Assembly: GCA_963668175.1 (NCBI GenBank)
Contig: OY764159.1
Location: forward strand, 832,001-896,000
Length of the DNA: 64,000 nucleotides
DNA from: Syntrophales bacterium
Lineage (GTDB): Bacteria > Desulfobacterota > Syntrophia > Syntrophales > PHBD01
Reading direction: 5' to 3'
In this document: one piece after another, positions 37,546-46,749 of the stretch
Numbering within the stretch: position 1 is the stretch's first letter
How the letters are laid out: every line of letters starts with the position of its first letter
Made by a program: the position numbers and the translations under genes
The notes under the pieces: generated by a model
What the model saw: only the letters and a program-made list of their open reading frames with translations
Told to the model about the DNA's origin: nothing
Databases searched by the model: none

Positions 37546-38845
37546 TATCCTGCCGCTCGTGCTCATCGTTTTATGTCTTGGGCTGGAAGGTTTCTTTTCC
37601 GGAGGCGAGATCGCCTACGTCACCGCCGATGTCAACCGGATCCGGCAGAAAGCGGGAACGGGCTCACGTTCCGCGAAACTCGCCCTGCAGCTTCTCGAAA
37701 ATCCCGACTGGCTCTTCGCAACCACTTTGACGGGGACGAATCTCTGTATCGTGACCAGCACGATCCTGGCCACGTCCATTTTTATTTCCCTCTTCGGAGT
37801 GGCCCAGGGGGAAAGGATATCGGCCCTCGTCATGATCCCGACCCTGATGGTTATGATCGTAACGCGCAGTTTTTTTCAGCAGTACGCCGAATTCTTCGCC
37901 GTGCGGATCGCCAGGCTCGTCTGGACGGCGTCCTGGCTGCTCTATCCGGTCGTGTACCTCATCTCCAGAATCTCCAAACGTACGGTGCTCCTCTCCGTTA
38001 AAGGGCGGGATCTCTCCTATTCCCCTTACATCACGAAGACGGGTCTTATGTCCATCCTGGGCGACCAGCAGAGCGAAAGCGATATTCTGGGGACGGAGAA
38101 GGATATGGTCAAAAGAATCCTCGATTTTACGTCGGTGACGGTCGGAGAGATCAAGGTGCCTCTTTCCGCAATCAGCGCACTGCCTGTGACCACGACCCTT
38201 AACGATGCAGCCTCTTTTGCCGCGGAGAAGAAATATCTGCGGATTCCCGTATACCGGGACCAGATGTTCAATATCGTCGGGGTGCTTCATTATTTCGACC
38301 TGTTGAAGGCCATCGACCTTTGCGAGAAAAAATCGCCCGGCTGTCTCAATGAAAAAACGATCGAATCCTGCTTTTCGTCCTCGGTTCTTTATGTGCCGGA
38401 AACGAAGGCGGCGAAGGAGCTTCTGATTGAACTGCAGGCGAGGCGGGAGCACATGGCTTTCGTCGTCGATGAGTATGGCGGCGGCATCGGGATCGTGACC
38501 GTTGAGGATATCCTGGAAACCATCGTCGGCGAAATCGATGACGAATACGACGAAAGGGAGACGCAATTCCGAACAATCGGTCCGGACCGATACCTGTTCG
38601 ATGCCCGCATCCGTCTGGACAGGCTGCAGCAGATCGTTCCCGTGGCCTTGCCCGAAGGGGAGTATGAAACCCTGGGGGGATTTCTCCTCAGCAAGATAGG
38701 CAGGATACCGAGAAGAAAAGAGACCGTCCGTCTCGGCAATGCCGTCTTCGTCATCGAAGATGCCGACATGAAACGGATCAAGGAAGTCCTCGTGATTTTT
38801 TCAAAAAGTACGGATCAGCAGGATATGTCTGACCGGCAGATATAA
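37538..38845 (+). CDS. CNNM/CorB (DUF21-CBS-CorC) transporter, copy 2
   Basis: FFSGGEIA, RIPVY, VDEYGG, EDILETIVGEIDDEYD and YETLGG motifs. Overlaps copy 1. Confidence 0.9.
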   Translation: MTDILPLVLIVLCLGLEGFFSGGEIAYVTADVNRIRQKAGTGSRSAKLALQLLENPDWLFATTLTGTNLCIVTSTILATSIFISLFGVAQGERISALVMIPTLMVMIVTRSFFQQYAEFFAVRIARLVWTASWLLYPVVYLISRISKRTVLLSVKGRDLSYSPYITKTGLMSILGDQQSESDILGTEKDMVKRILDFTSVTVGEIKVPLSAISALPVTTTLNDAASFAAEKKYLRIPVYRDQMFNIVGVLHYFDLLKAIDLCEKKSPGCLNEKTIESCFSSSVLYVPETKAAKELLIELQARREHMAFVVDEYGGGIGIVTVEDILETIVGEIDDEYDERETQFRTIGPDRYLFDARIRLDRLQQIVPVALPEGEYETLGGFLLSKIGRIPRRKETVRLGNAVFVIEDADMKRIKEVLVIFSKSTDQQDMSDRQI

Positions 38846-38851
38846 AATCGT

Positions 38852-39604
38852 ATGGAGGTGTATGTGTATCAACCGGAGAAAACTTTGAGTTCCCTCATTC
38901 TCGCCGCCGGGAAAGGAACCAGAATGAAATCCGATCTGGCGAAGGTTCTTCATCCCCTGTGCGGCAGGCCTTTGCTGGATTATTCGCTCGATGTGGCCCG
39001 GGAAGTAGGGTCGGAGAGGGTCGCCGTCGTGATCGGCCACCAGGCCGAGACCGTTCGGGAAACATTTTCCGGACGGGGTCTGGTTTTTGTCGAGCAGCGT
39101 GAGCAATTGGGGACGGGTCACGCCGTCCTGATGGCCAGGGATGCGTTTAAAGGATACGTGGGGACCGTTCTCATCCTCTGCGGCGACGTGCCGCTCCTCC
39201 GCCCGGCAACGATCATCGCCCTCTACGAGAAACACCGGCGAGACGCTTCGGCCGTGACTGTGATGACCGTCGTCCTGGAGGACCCGGTCCATTACGGCAG
39301 GGTCGTCAAAAACGAGAAGGGCGAAGTCGTCAAGATCGTCGAGATGCGCGACGCGACCGAGGAGGAGAAGCGGATCAGGGAGATCAACACGGGCATTTAC
39401 TGTGCCGACAGCGGTTTCCTTTTCGAGGCCGTCGGGGAAATCAGCAACGACAATGCCCAGAAGGAGTATTATCTGACCGACATCATCGAGATTGCGGGCA
39501 GGAAAGGTTGTAAGGCAGGCGCCTTTGTGGTTTCCGATCCTCACGAGGTCATGGGGATCAATACGCCGGAAGAACTCGAACTGGCGGCCCGCCTCCTGGG
39601 CTGA
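38852..39604 (+). CDS. GlmU-like N-acetylglucosamine-1-phosphate uridyltransferase domain only (no acetyltransferase domain)
   Basis: ILAAGKGTRMKS, EQLGTGHAV, GDVPLL, EINTGIY, EYYLTDI and GIN motifs. Ends at 250 aa. Confidence 0.88.
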   Translation: MEVYVYQPEKTLSSLILAAGKGTRMKSDLAKVLHPLCGRPLLDYSLDVAREVGSERVAVVIGHQAETVRETFSGRGLVFVEQREQLGTGHAVLMARDAFKGYVGTVLILCGDVPLLRPATIIALYEKHRRDASAVTVMTVVLEDPVHYGRVVKNEKGEVVKIVEMRDATEEEKRIREINTGIYCADSGFLFEAVGEISNDNAQKEYYLTDIIEIAGRKGCKAGAFVVSDPHEVMGINTPEELELAARLLG

Positions 39605-39658
39605 AACGGTGCCGGACCGCTGGCTGTAAAAAGGCGCCTGTAACATCTTTTATTTTCT

Positions 39659-40639
39659 ATGAGAATCGCCTCCCTGGCACTGAAAAACAAGGTCATCCTC
39701 GCGCCCATGGCAGGTGTGACGGACCTGCCGTTTCGGATCATTATCCGTGAATTCGGATGCTCCCTCGCCTTTACGGAGATGGTCAATGCCGTGGGGCTGG
39801 TGAGGAACATGGAGAGGTCGGTGGCTTATCTGGATACCGCCGACGAGGACAAGCCCCTGGGCGTCCAGCTTTTCGGAACCGATCCCGGTGTGATCGCCGA
39901 AGCAGCGCGGATCATCACGCAGCGGGGCGCGGATACCATCGACATCAATATGGGCTGTCCGGTCAAGAAGGTCGTTAAGACCGGGGCCGGGGCCGCCCTG
40001 ATGAAAGATCCGGCGAAGGTGGCCCTTATTGTCCGGACGGTAAGGTCGGCGACGCCGTTGCCGCTCACGGTGAAAATTCGTTCCGGCTGGCGCCGCCAGG
40101 AGATCAACGCCGCTTTGATAGCCCGGATTGCCGAGCAGCATGGTGCGGACGCGGTCATCGTCCATCCCCGTACGGCCGATCAGGGATTCTCCGGGGCGGC
40201 CGACTGGAATGTCATCAAGCAGGTCAAGGAGAGCGTGACTATCCCTGTCATCGGCAACGGGGACATTTGGGAACCAGGGGATGCCCTAAATATGGCAGAC
40301 GCGACGGGCTGCGATGCCGTTATGGTCGGCAGGGGCACACTGGGAAATCCCTGGCTCATCGCCGATGTCCTGGCCGTCCTGGAAGGACGGGGATCGGTAG
40401 GCATGCCGGACCTGGAAGAGAGGGAGCGAGTGATCATAAAACACCTTGATCTGGACACGGCTTATCACGGAGAACGGTTCAGCGTCCGGAGTTTCCGCAA
40501 ACACCTGCTCTGGTACACGAAAGGCTTGAGGGGCGGGTCGCACTTTCGCCAACTGGCAGGAACGTTTCGGGAAAAAGAGATGGTGATCAGGGAACTGCAT
40601 GCCTTCATCAGAGGCCTTGCGGACAGCGGCGCGGCATAA
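39659..40639 (+). CDS. dusB: tRNA-dihydrouridine synthase B
   Basis: LAPMAGVTD, DINMGCP, TVKIRSGW, VHPRT, GNGDI and GNPW motifs. Confidence 0.95.
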   Translation: MRIASLALKNKVILAPMAGVTDLPFRIIIREFGCSLAFTEMVNAVGLVRNMERSVAYLDTADEDKPLGVQLFGTDPGVIAEAARIITQRGADTIDINMGCPVKKVVKTGAGAALMKDPAKVALIVRTVRSATPLPLTVKIRSGWRRQEINAALIARIAEQHGADAVIVHPRTADQGFSGAADWNVIKQVKESVTIPVIGNGDIWEPGDALNMADATGCDAVMVGRGTLGNPWLIADVLAVLEGRGSVGMPDLEERERVIIKHLDLDTAYHGERFSVRSFRKHLLWYTKGLRGGSHFRQLAGTFREKEMVIRELHAFIRGLADSGAA

Positions 40640-40648
40640 AATAAGGTC

Positions 40649-40677
40649 TTGACTTTTCAAGGAACTCTTGGCATAAT
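40649..40677 (+). promoter_or_regulatory. sigma70 promoter of zapB-zapA-ssrS-rny
   Basis: TTGACT-N17-CATAAT with extended TG. Confidence 0.6.
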
Positions 40678-40748
40678 AACGCCCAATATCAACGCATAAT
40701 ATGGACGCTTGAAAGAGACGGAAGCGGAAATATAGGACAAAAGGACGA

Positions 40749-40985
40749 GTGATTTTGGAACTGACCAATTTTAGGGAGTTGGAAGAGAAAATTAAAATTG
40801 TCGTCAGTGAATACGAGCTGCTCAAAAAGAGAAACCAGGAGTTAGAAGCTTTTTTAGACCAAAAAAATACGGAGTTGGAAGAGGCAAATAAAAATATAAG
40901 GGGCTTGAAAGAGGAAAGGGATTTTATTCGCACAAAGGTGGATTCGCTGCTTAATTTGCTGCAGGATATTCATGTTCCGTCATAG
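40749..40985 (+). CDS. zapB: Cell division coiled-coil protein ZapB-like
   Basis: Pure heptad coiled coil (LEEKIK...LKKRNQEL...KVDSLL) upstream of zapA. Confidence 0.7.
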   Translation: MILELTNFRELEEKIKIVVSEYELLKKRNQELEAFLDQKNTELEEANKNIRGLKEERDFIRTKVDSLLNLLQDIHVPS

Positions 40986-41002
40986 GTTTCGGGGTCCGTT
41001 TT

Positions 41003-41281
41003 TTGAAAAAGAGATATGAAATCAGGATATTAGGGCAGGAATTAACCGTTTTAAGCGATTCAGGGGATGAGCACGTAGCCAGAGTTGTGAAATATGTATC
41101 CGATACGGTCGAAGAGATCGGCCGGTCGAGCAACAGAACGAATAATTTGAGTGTGGCCATTTTGACTGCTTTGAACATTGCAGATGAGTACATGAAAGTG
41201 AAGAGCCTTGAAGAAAACATTTGCAGTCAACTGGAAACAAGATCCGAGAAACTGATCCATTTAATTGATGGTGTAAGATAG
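41003..41281 (+). CDS. zapA: Cell division protein ZapA
   Basis: IRILGQE...VAILTALNIADEY. Confidence 0.9.
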   Translation: MKKRYEIRILGQELTVLSDSGDEHVARVVKYVSDTVEEIGRSSNRTNNLSVAILTALNIADEYMKVKSLEENICSQLETRSEKLIHLIDGVR

Positions 41282-41291
41282 AGAAAAAATA

Positions 41292-41480
41292 TCCCCTGCG
41301 ATGTGCGTGATTAGCAATTCGTTTTTTGAGCCAACACCTTGGAACCGGGAGCCTTCTATTGTTTGTGGTGTGCGTGTCGATAATTCCTGAGAAATCGGGA
41401 GATCGAAGGCCTGAAGCAACAACGGGGTGCCCACCTTGTCAGCAGGTTCAAAAAGGTGGTTAACACGGCATTGGCGGGGG
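41292..41480 (+). ncRNA. ssrS: 6S RNA
   Basis: About 190 nt between zapA and rny. The 5' CCCCTGCGATGTGCGTG pairs with the 3' CACGGCATTGGCGGGGG. Internal TTGAGCC/GGTTCAA and GGGAGC/CCCACC elements; canonical synteny. Confidence 0.88.
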
Positions 41481-41644
41481 TTTTTTTATATTCCCGCCGG
41501 ATAAACGGAACCCTTAAGACCTACACCCTCTTCCATCTTCTTCGTATCATCACTACATTATAAATAGTGAGGTTGTATCAATTCATTCACGCCGGTCGTG
41601 TCGCCGGATGAATGTAAATATATCATAGTTAGGAGGTGGGGGGC

Positions 41645-43201
41645 TTGTTAGTGAACATCATATTGGTTTTCATTGCGTTATTGGCCGGCCTGGGCGTAGG
41701 GGTTCTTGTTGTCCGGGTCATATCCAAAAAGAAACTGGAATCGTCCGAAAGTCTGTCGGCGAGAATCGTTGATGAGGCAAAGAAGGAAGCCGACAACATT
41801 AAAAAAGAGTCCATCCTTCAAGCCAAAGAGAACCTTCTGAAGGCTAAAACGGAATTCGAAAAGGAATCGAAAGAGCGGAAACAGGATCTCGATAGTCTTG
41901 AAAAAAGGATACGATCCAAGGAAGAGAATCTCGACAAACGTTTGGACGGTCTTTCACAGAAAGAGAATCAAATCGAGGGGCGCGAAAAGAATCTGGTAAA
42001 CCGGGAAAATCAGCTTAATGAAAAACACGAAAAACTAAGGCGCCTTGTCGAAGAACAGCGGGAAAAATTGGAACGGATCGCGGGCATATCCTCCGAAGAG
42101 GCCAAGAATCAACTGATCCAGACCATGGAATCGGAGGCGAAACGGGAGGCGGCGGCGTCCATCAGGAAGATCGAGGAAGAGACGAAAAGACAGGCCGACA
42201 AAGCGGCCAAAGAAATCATCGCGTATGCCGTCCAGAGGTATGCAGGCGAATATGTTGGTGAAAACGCCGTTTCCGTTGTCAACCTGCCCAGCGACGAGAT
42301 GAAGGGACGGATCATCGGACGGGAGGGGAGAAACATCCGCGCCATTGAAGCCGCAACGGGTATCGATCTGATCGTCGACGATACGCCGGAAGCGGTCGTC
42401 CTGTCGAGCTTCGATCCCATAAGACGCGAAGTTGCCCGCCTGTCCCTGGAGAGGTTGATTTCCGACGGGCGGATTCATCCGGGCCGCATCGAAGATATCG
42501 TCAAGAAGGTCAGGGCGGAGGTGGACAATATCATCAGGGACACCGGCGAGAGGATTTCCTTTGACGTAGGTGTTCACGATCTGCATCCCGAAATCATCAA
42601 CCTTCTGGGCAGCCTGAAATACCGCACCAGCTTTTCCCAGAATGTCCTTCAGCATTCCATCGAAGTCGCCCATCTGACCGGGATGATGGCCGCTGAATTG
42701 AAAATGAATATTAAAGAGGCCAAACGGGCGGGGTTGCTCCACGATATCGGCAAGGCCATCGATCACAAAGTGGAAGGAACCCATGCCTCGATCGGGGCCG
42801 ACTACGCCCGGCGCTTCGGAGAGACGGCGCGCATTGTACAGGCCATCGCCACCCATCATGACGACGGCCGAAGCAATACGCTGCTGGGGGTCCTCGTACA
42901 AGCGGCGGATTCCCTCTCGGCGGCCCGTCCCGGGGCGAGGCGGGAAATGATGGAGAGTTACGTCAAACGCCTGGAAGAGTTGGAATCCATAGCGAATTCC
43001 TTCACGGGTGTCGATAAATGCTACGCGATCCAGGCGGGGAGGGAGATCCGAATCCTGGTGGAGAACGAAAAGATATCCGATAACGACGCCGTTATGCTCT
43101 GCCGGGACATCATCAAGAAGATCGAATCCGACTTGACCTATCCCGGACAGATTAAAGTCACCGTTATCCGGGAGACACGGGTTTCCGATTTTGCGAAATA
43201 G
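41645..43201 (+). CDS. rny: Ribonuclease Y
   Basis: N-terminal TM, coiled coil, KH ([13 protein letters not shown]), HD (LLHDIGK) and [10 protein letters not shown]. The start (TTG after AGGAGG) is approximate. Confidence 0.97.
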   Translation: MLVNIILVFIALLAGLGVGVLVVRVISKKKLESSESLSARIVDEAKKEADNIKKESILQAKENLLKAKTEFEKESKERKQDLDSLEKRIRSKEENLDKRLDGLSQKENQIEGREKNLVNRENQLNEKHEKLRRLVEEQREKLERIAGISSEEAKNQLIQTMESEAKREAAASIRKIEEETKRQADKAAKEIIAYAVQRYAGEYVGENAVSVVNLPSDEMKGRIIGREGRNIRAIEAATGIDLIVDDTPEAVVLSSFDPIRREVARLSLERLISDGRIHPGRIEDIVKKVRAEVDNIIRDTGERISFDVGVHDLHPEIINLLGSLKYRTSFSQNVLQHSIEVAHLTGMMAAELKMNIKEAKRAGLLHDIGKAIDHKVEGTHASIGADYARRFGETARIVQAIATHHDDGRSNTLLGVLVQAADSLSAARPGARREMMESYVKRLEELESIANSFTGVDKCYAIQAGREIRILVENEKISDNDAVMLCRDIIKKIESDLTYPGQIKVTVIRETRVSDFAK

Positions 43202-43210
43202 GGTCCGTGC

Positions 43211-43996
43211 ATGAAAGTTCTGTTTATCGGCGATGTGGTGGGTAAACCGGGAAGACGGGCCGTCCGGGAGCTTTTGCCGCGGATCGTCAACGACCGGGAG
43301 ATCGATTTCGTCGTCGCCAACTGCGAAAATGCCGCCTCCGGTTTCGGCGTCACCAGGGAAATCGTCGAAGAGCTCTTCGAAGACCGCATCGACGTTCTGA
43401 CCTCCGGCAACCATATCTGGGACAAGAAGGAGGTTCTGGATTATATTGAGGAGTATGAGGCGCTGTTGCGGCCGGCCAACTACCCTCCGGAAGTTCCCGG
43501 TCACGGCAGCATCGTTATGCCCCACCCTTCGGGGGCATATGTGGGCGTGATCAATCTTATGGGCAGGGTGTTCATGCAGCCGTTGGAGTGCCCCTTCCGG
43601 AAGGCGAGCGAAGAGATCGAGAGGCTGCGTAAAAAGACGAATATCATCATCGTCGATATCCATGCCGAAGCTACGTCGGAAAAGATCGCCCTGGGATGGC
43701 ACCTGGACGGCCGGGTTAGTGCCGTCCTCGGGACGCATACGCACGTCCAGACGGCCGATGATAGAATATTGCCCTGCGGAACGGCCTATCTCACGGATGC
43801 CGGCATGACGGGCGCCTTCGATTCGGTCATCGGGATCAAGAAAGACCTGATATTGGACCGCTTCATGAGCCAGTTGCCCAACAAGTTTGAAGTGGCCAAG
43901 GGCGATGTCCGCCTGCAAGGGGTTATTCTCGAGATTGATGAGGCATCCGGCAAGAGTCTCGGTATCGAAAGGCTGAGCGTCAAACTGGATCCTTAA
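43211..43996 (+). CDS. ymdB: YmdB-like metallophosphoesterase (TIGR00282 type)
   Basis: GDVVGKPGR, TSGNHIWD, DIHAEATSEK and GTHTHVQTAD motifs. Confidence 0.93.
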   Translation: MKVLFIGDVVGKPGRRAVRELLPRIVNDREIDFVVANCENAASGFGVTREIVEELFEDRIDVLTSGNHIWDKKEVLDYIEEYEALLRPANYPPEVPGHGSIVMPHPSGAYVGVINLMGRVFMQPLECPFRKASEEIERLRKKTNIIIVDIHAEATSEKIALGWHLDGRVSAVLGTHTHVQTADDRILPCGTAYLTDAGMTGAFDSVIGIKKDLILDRFMSQLPNKFEVAKGDVRLQGVILEIDEASGKSLGIERLSVKLDP

Positions 43997-44010
43997 GAAG
44001 GAGGCCTTAG

Positions 44011-45294
44011 TTGAAAAGCGTTTTTGATGTTTTTACCGAGCGGGGATTCGTCGAACAGGTCACGGACGAAGTCCAGATAAGACAAACCCTCGCCGACGAT
44101 CATATCACCTGCTATATCGGTTTCGATCCGACGGCGACCAGCCTGCATATCGGCAGCCTGGTCCCGATCATGGCGCTGGTCCATATGCAGAAACACGGTC
44201 ACCGGCCGATCGTCCTGATCGGCGGCGGGACGGGATTGATCGGCGATCCCAGCGGCAAGACGGAGATGAGGCAGATCCTCACCCGGGAAAAAATCAATCA
44301 TAATGCTTCATGCATGCAGAAGCAGTTGTCCCGGTATCTCGATTTCAGCGACGGCAAGGCCGTCATGCTGAATAACGCCGATTGGCTGACGGCCCTCAAT
44401 TATATCGAATTCCTGAGGGATATCGGCCGCCACTTCAGCGTCAACAAGATGCTCGCTGCAGAAAGCTACCGCATCCGCCTGGAGAAGGGACTCAATTTTA
44501 TCGAATTCAACTACATGCTTCTTCAGGCGTATGATTTTCTCTATCTGTTCCAGCATCACGGCTGCACGATGCAGATGGGCGGAAACGACCAATGGGGAAA
44601 TATGCTGGCCGGGGTCGATCTGATCCGGCGTATGGAGGCGAAGCTGGCCCACAGCGTGACCTTCCCTTTGATGACGACGGCCCAGGGGCACAAGATGGGT
44701 AAAACGGAGAAAGGGACTGTGTGGCTCGACGCAACCCTGACTTCCCCGTACGAATATTACCAGTACTGGATAAACGCGGACGATGCCGACGTGGAGCGCT
44801 TTCTGGCTCTCTTCACGATGCTGCCCATGGAAGAGGTGCGGCAGGTCAGAGATCTATCCGATGCGAGGCTGAACATGGCCAAGGCCGTGCTCGCCTTCGA
44901 AGCGACGAAAATTACGCACGGCGAGGAAGCAGCCGTGGCTGCCTGGAAGGCGGCCGCCGCCGCTTTCCGTGCGAAACCCGTCGAGTCCTCCCTGTTCCCG
45001 TCGAGCACGATTCCGAGAACGGACCAGGCAGAAGACGTATCGGCCATTCCGGCCATTGAAAAAACGCTTGCCGCCCTTAAGGCAGGCGTCCCGGCCTTTG
45101 AGCTTTTCTACGAGGCGGGATTGTGCGCGTCGAAGGGCGAAGCCCGGCGGCTTCTCTCCCAGGGGGGCGGCTATGTCAACGACGGCCAGGTCGGAACATT
45201 CGACGAGAGGATCGGGGAAGGGCATATCCGCCCGCAGGGAGATATTTTGTTGAGAAAGGGGAAGAAGACGTACGCCCTTGTTCATGTCCGCTGA
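44011..45294 (+). CDS. tyrS: Tyrosyl-tRNA synthetase
   Basis: GFDPTATSLHIGS, IGDPSGK, GGNDQWGN, KMGKT and a C-terminal S4-like domain. Confidence 0.98.
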   Translation: MKSVFDVFTERGFVEQVTDEVQIRQTLADDHITCYIGFDPTATSLHIGSLVPIMALVHMQKHGHRPIVLIGGGTGLIGDPSGKTEMRQILTREKINHNASCMQKQLSRYLDFSDGKAVMLNNADWLTALNYIEFLRDIGRHFSVNKMLAAESYRIRLEKGLNFIEFNYMLLQAYDFLYLFQHHGCTMQMGGNDQWGNMLAGVDLIRRMEAKLAHSVTFPLMTTAQGHKMGKTEKGTVWLDATLTSPYEYYQYWINADDADVERFLALFTMLPMEEVRQVRDLSDARLNMAKAVLAFEATKITHGEEAAVAAWKAAAAAFRAKPVESSLFPSSTIPRTDQAEDVSAIPAIEKTLAALKAGVPAFELFYEAGLCASKGEARRLLSQGGGYVNDGQVGTFDERIGEGHIRPQGDILLRKGKKTYALVHVR

Positions 45295-45391
45295 TAATGG
45301 CTCTGTATATAAGCGTCCGCCGGACGTTGCGTTCGATGCGGCGGCGAACATTTGAAAATCGGCATGTGCCGATGCCGACAGGGTTTCTCTT

Positions 45392-46717
45392 ATGGCCGAG
45401 GTCAGAATATTAGTCATTGACGATGACGCCGTCGCCTGTGAGTTCCTCCAGGAGGCGCTGTCGCGGGAAGGGTATCGGATAGATACCTTTATATCGGCGA
45501 AGTCGGCCCTTGAGGAGGATCTCTCACGGTACGACGTCCTGATGTCCGATATCCGGATGCCGGATATCGACGGTCTCCAGTTTCTGCAGATCGTCAGGAC
45601 CAAATGGCCGCAGCTGCCCGTTATCCTCATGACCGCATACGGGTCCCTGGAAACGACCATGGAAGCGCTGAGCCTGGGGGCCTGGGATTATATCAGTAAA
45701 CCATTCTCTCCCGATGCTGTCCGGGCTTTGGTGCAAAAAGTACTTGAAGTTCGCGAACTTCACCAGAAGCGGCTGCGCGGTCAACCGAAGACGGACGCCC
45801 CGTCCCATTTTATCGGGTCGTCGGCAAAAATGGTCGACTTTTATAAGCAGGTTGCCCGCGTCGCCGATTCGTCGGCCAGCGTTTTGATCGAAGGAGAAAG
45901 CGGGACGGGCAAGGAACTGACGGCGCGTTCCCTCCACCAACTCAGCTCGCGGTGCGACAAACCCTATCTGGTCGTGCATTGCGGCGCCATACCGGATACC
46001 CTCCTGGAATCGGAACTTTTCGGATACGAGAAAGGCGCCTTTACCGGCGCGGACAAGTCCCATGCGGGGCTTCTGGAAACGGCGCAGGACGGGACGATTT
46101 TTCTCGACGAGATCACCGAAATGTCTACCTCGCTTCAGGGTAAACTCCTGCGTTTTATGCAAAACGGGGAAGTGAGGAGACTCGGAGGGCATGACATCAA
46201 ACACGTGGCCGTCCGCGTCGTCGCCGCCGGCAACCGCATCATCGACGACGAAGTCAAGAACGGCAGATTCCGTGCCGATCTCCTGTATCGCTTCATCGTC
46301 CGCCTCCGCATACCGTCCCTCAGGGAACACAAGGAAGACCTCCCCCAGCTTACGGAATCCATCCTGAAGAAGCTGGGTTATTCCTCCGTGCGCATCTCCG
46401 ACGAGGCGATGGAACTTTTCATGGCCTACGACTGGCCGGGGAATGTCCGGGAATTGGAGAATATCCTGCAGCAGACATTGCTGATGTCGCCTTTTGCCGT
46501 GGTCCTGCCCGAGAATCTTCCTTCCCGGTTCATGCCGAAGGAGGAGGAGCCGTTGTCCATTTCGCCTCTTGAGTGCGCGGAGCGCGACCAGATCCTTCAG
46601 ACCCTGAAGGTGACATCATGGAACCAAAGCCGGACGGCCCAGTTGCTGGGGATCGACCGGAAAACCCTCCGCAGCAAGATTCAACGCTACGGTCTGCAGA
46701 AGATAGAGGGCTTATAG
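45392..46717 (+). CDS. sigma54-dependent (NtrC/ZraR-type) response regulator
   Basis: REC domain, GESGTGKE, GAFTGA, FLDEI, WPGNVREL and Fis-type HTH LGIDRKTL. Confidence 0.96.
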   Translation: MAEVRILVIDDDAVACEFLQEALSREGYRIDTFISAKSALEEDLSRYDVLMSDIRMPDIDGLQFLQIVRTKWPQLPVILMTAYGSLETTMEALSLGAWDYISKPFSPDAVRALVQKVLEVRELHQKRLRGQPKTDAPSHFIGSSAKMVDFYKQVARVADSSASVLIEGESGTGKELTARSLHQLSSRCDKPYLVVHCGAIPDTLLESELFGYEKGAFTGADKSHAGLLETAQDGTIFLDEITEMSTSLQGKLLRFMQNGEVRRLGGHDIKHVAVRVVAAGNRIIDDEVKNGRFRADLLYRFIVRLRIPSLREHKEDLPQLTESILKKLGYSSVRISDEAMELFMAYDWPGNVRELENILQQTLLMSPFAVVLPENLPSRFMPKEEEPLSISPLECAERDQILQTLKVTSWNQSRTAQLLGIDRKTLRSKIQRYGLQKIEGL

Positions 46718-46749
46718 GCCTTTTCCGTCACCGCTCAAGCGAAGCCGGA

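Noticed and set aside
39604..39616. 13-mer AAACGGTGCCGGA also found at about 59910, both just after stop codons
   Set aside because: Only two copies and no shared extended palindrome; insufficient for a REP or repeat family.
42035..43918. 627-aa minus-strand ORF (similar long antisense ORFs at 1224-2585, 25364-26830, 61651-62715)
   Set aside because: Antisense shadows of well-supported genes caused by GC-rich codon bias; no motifs.
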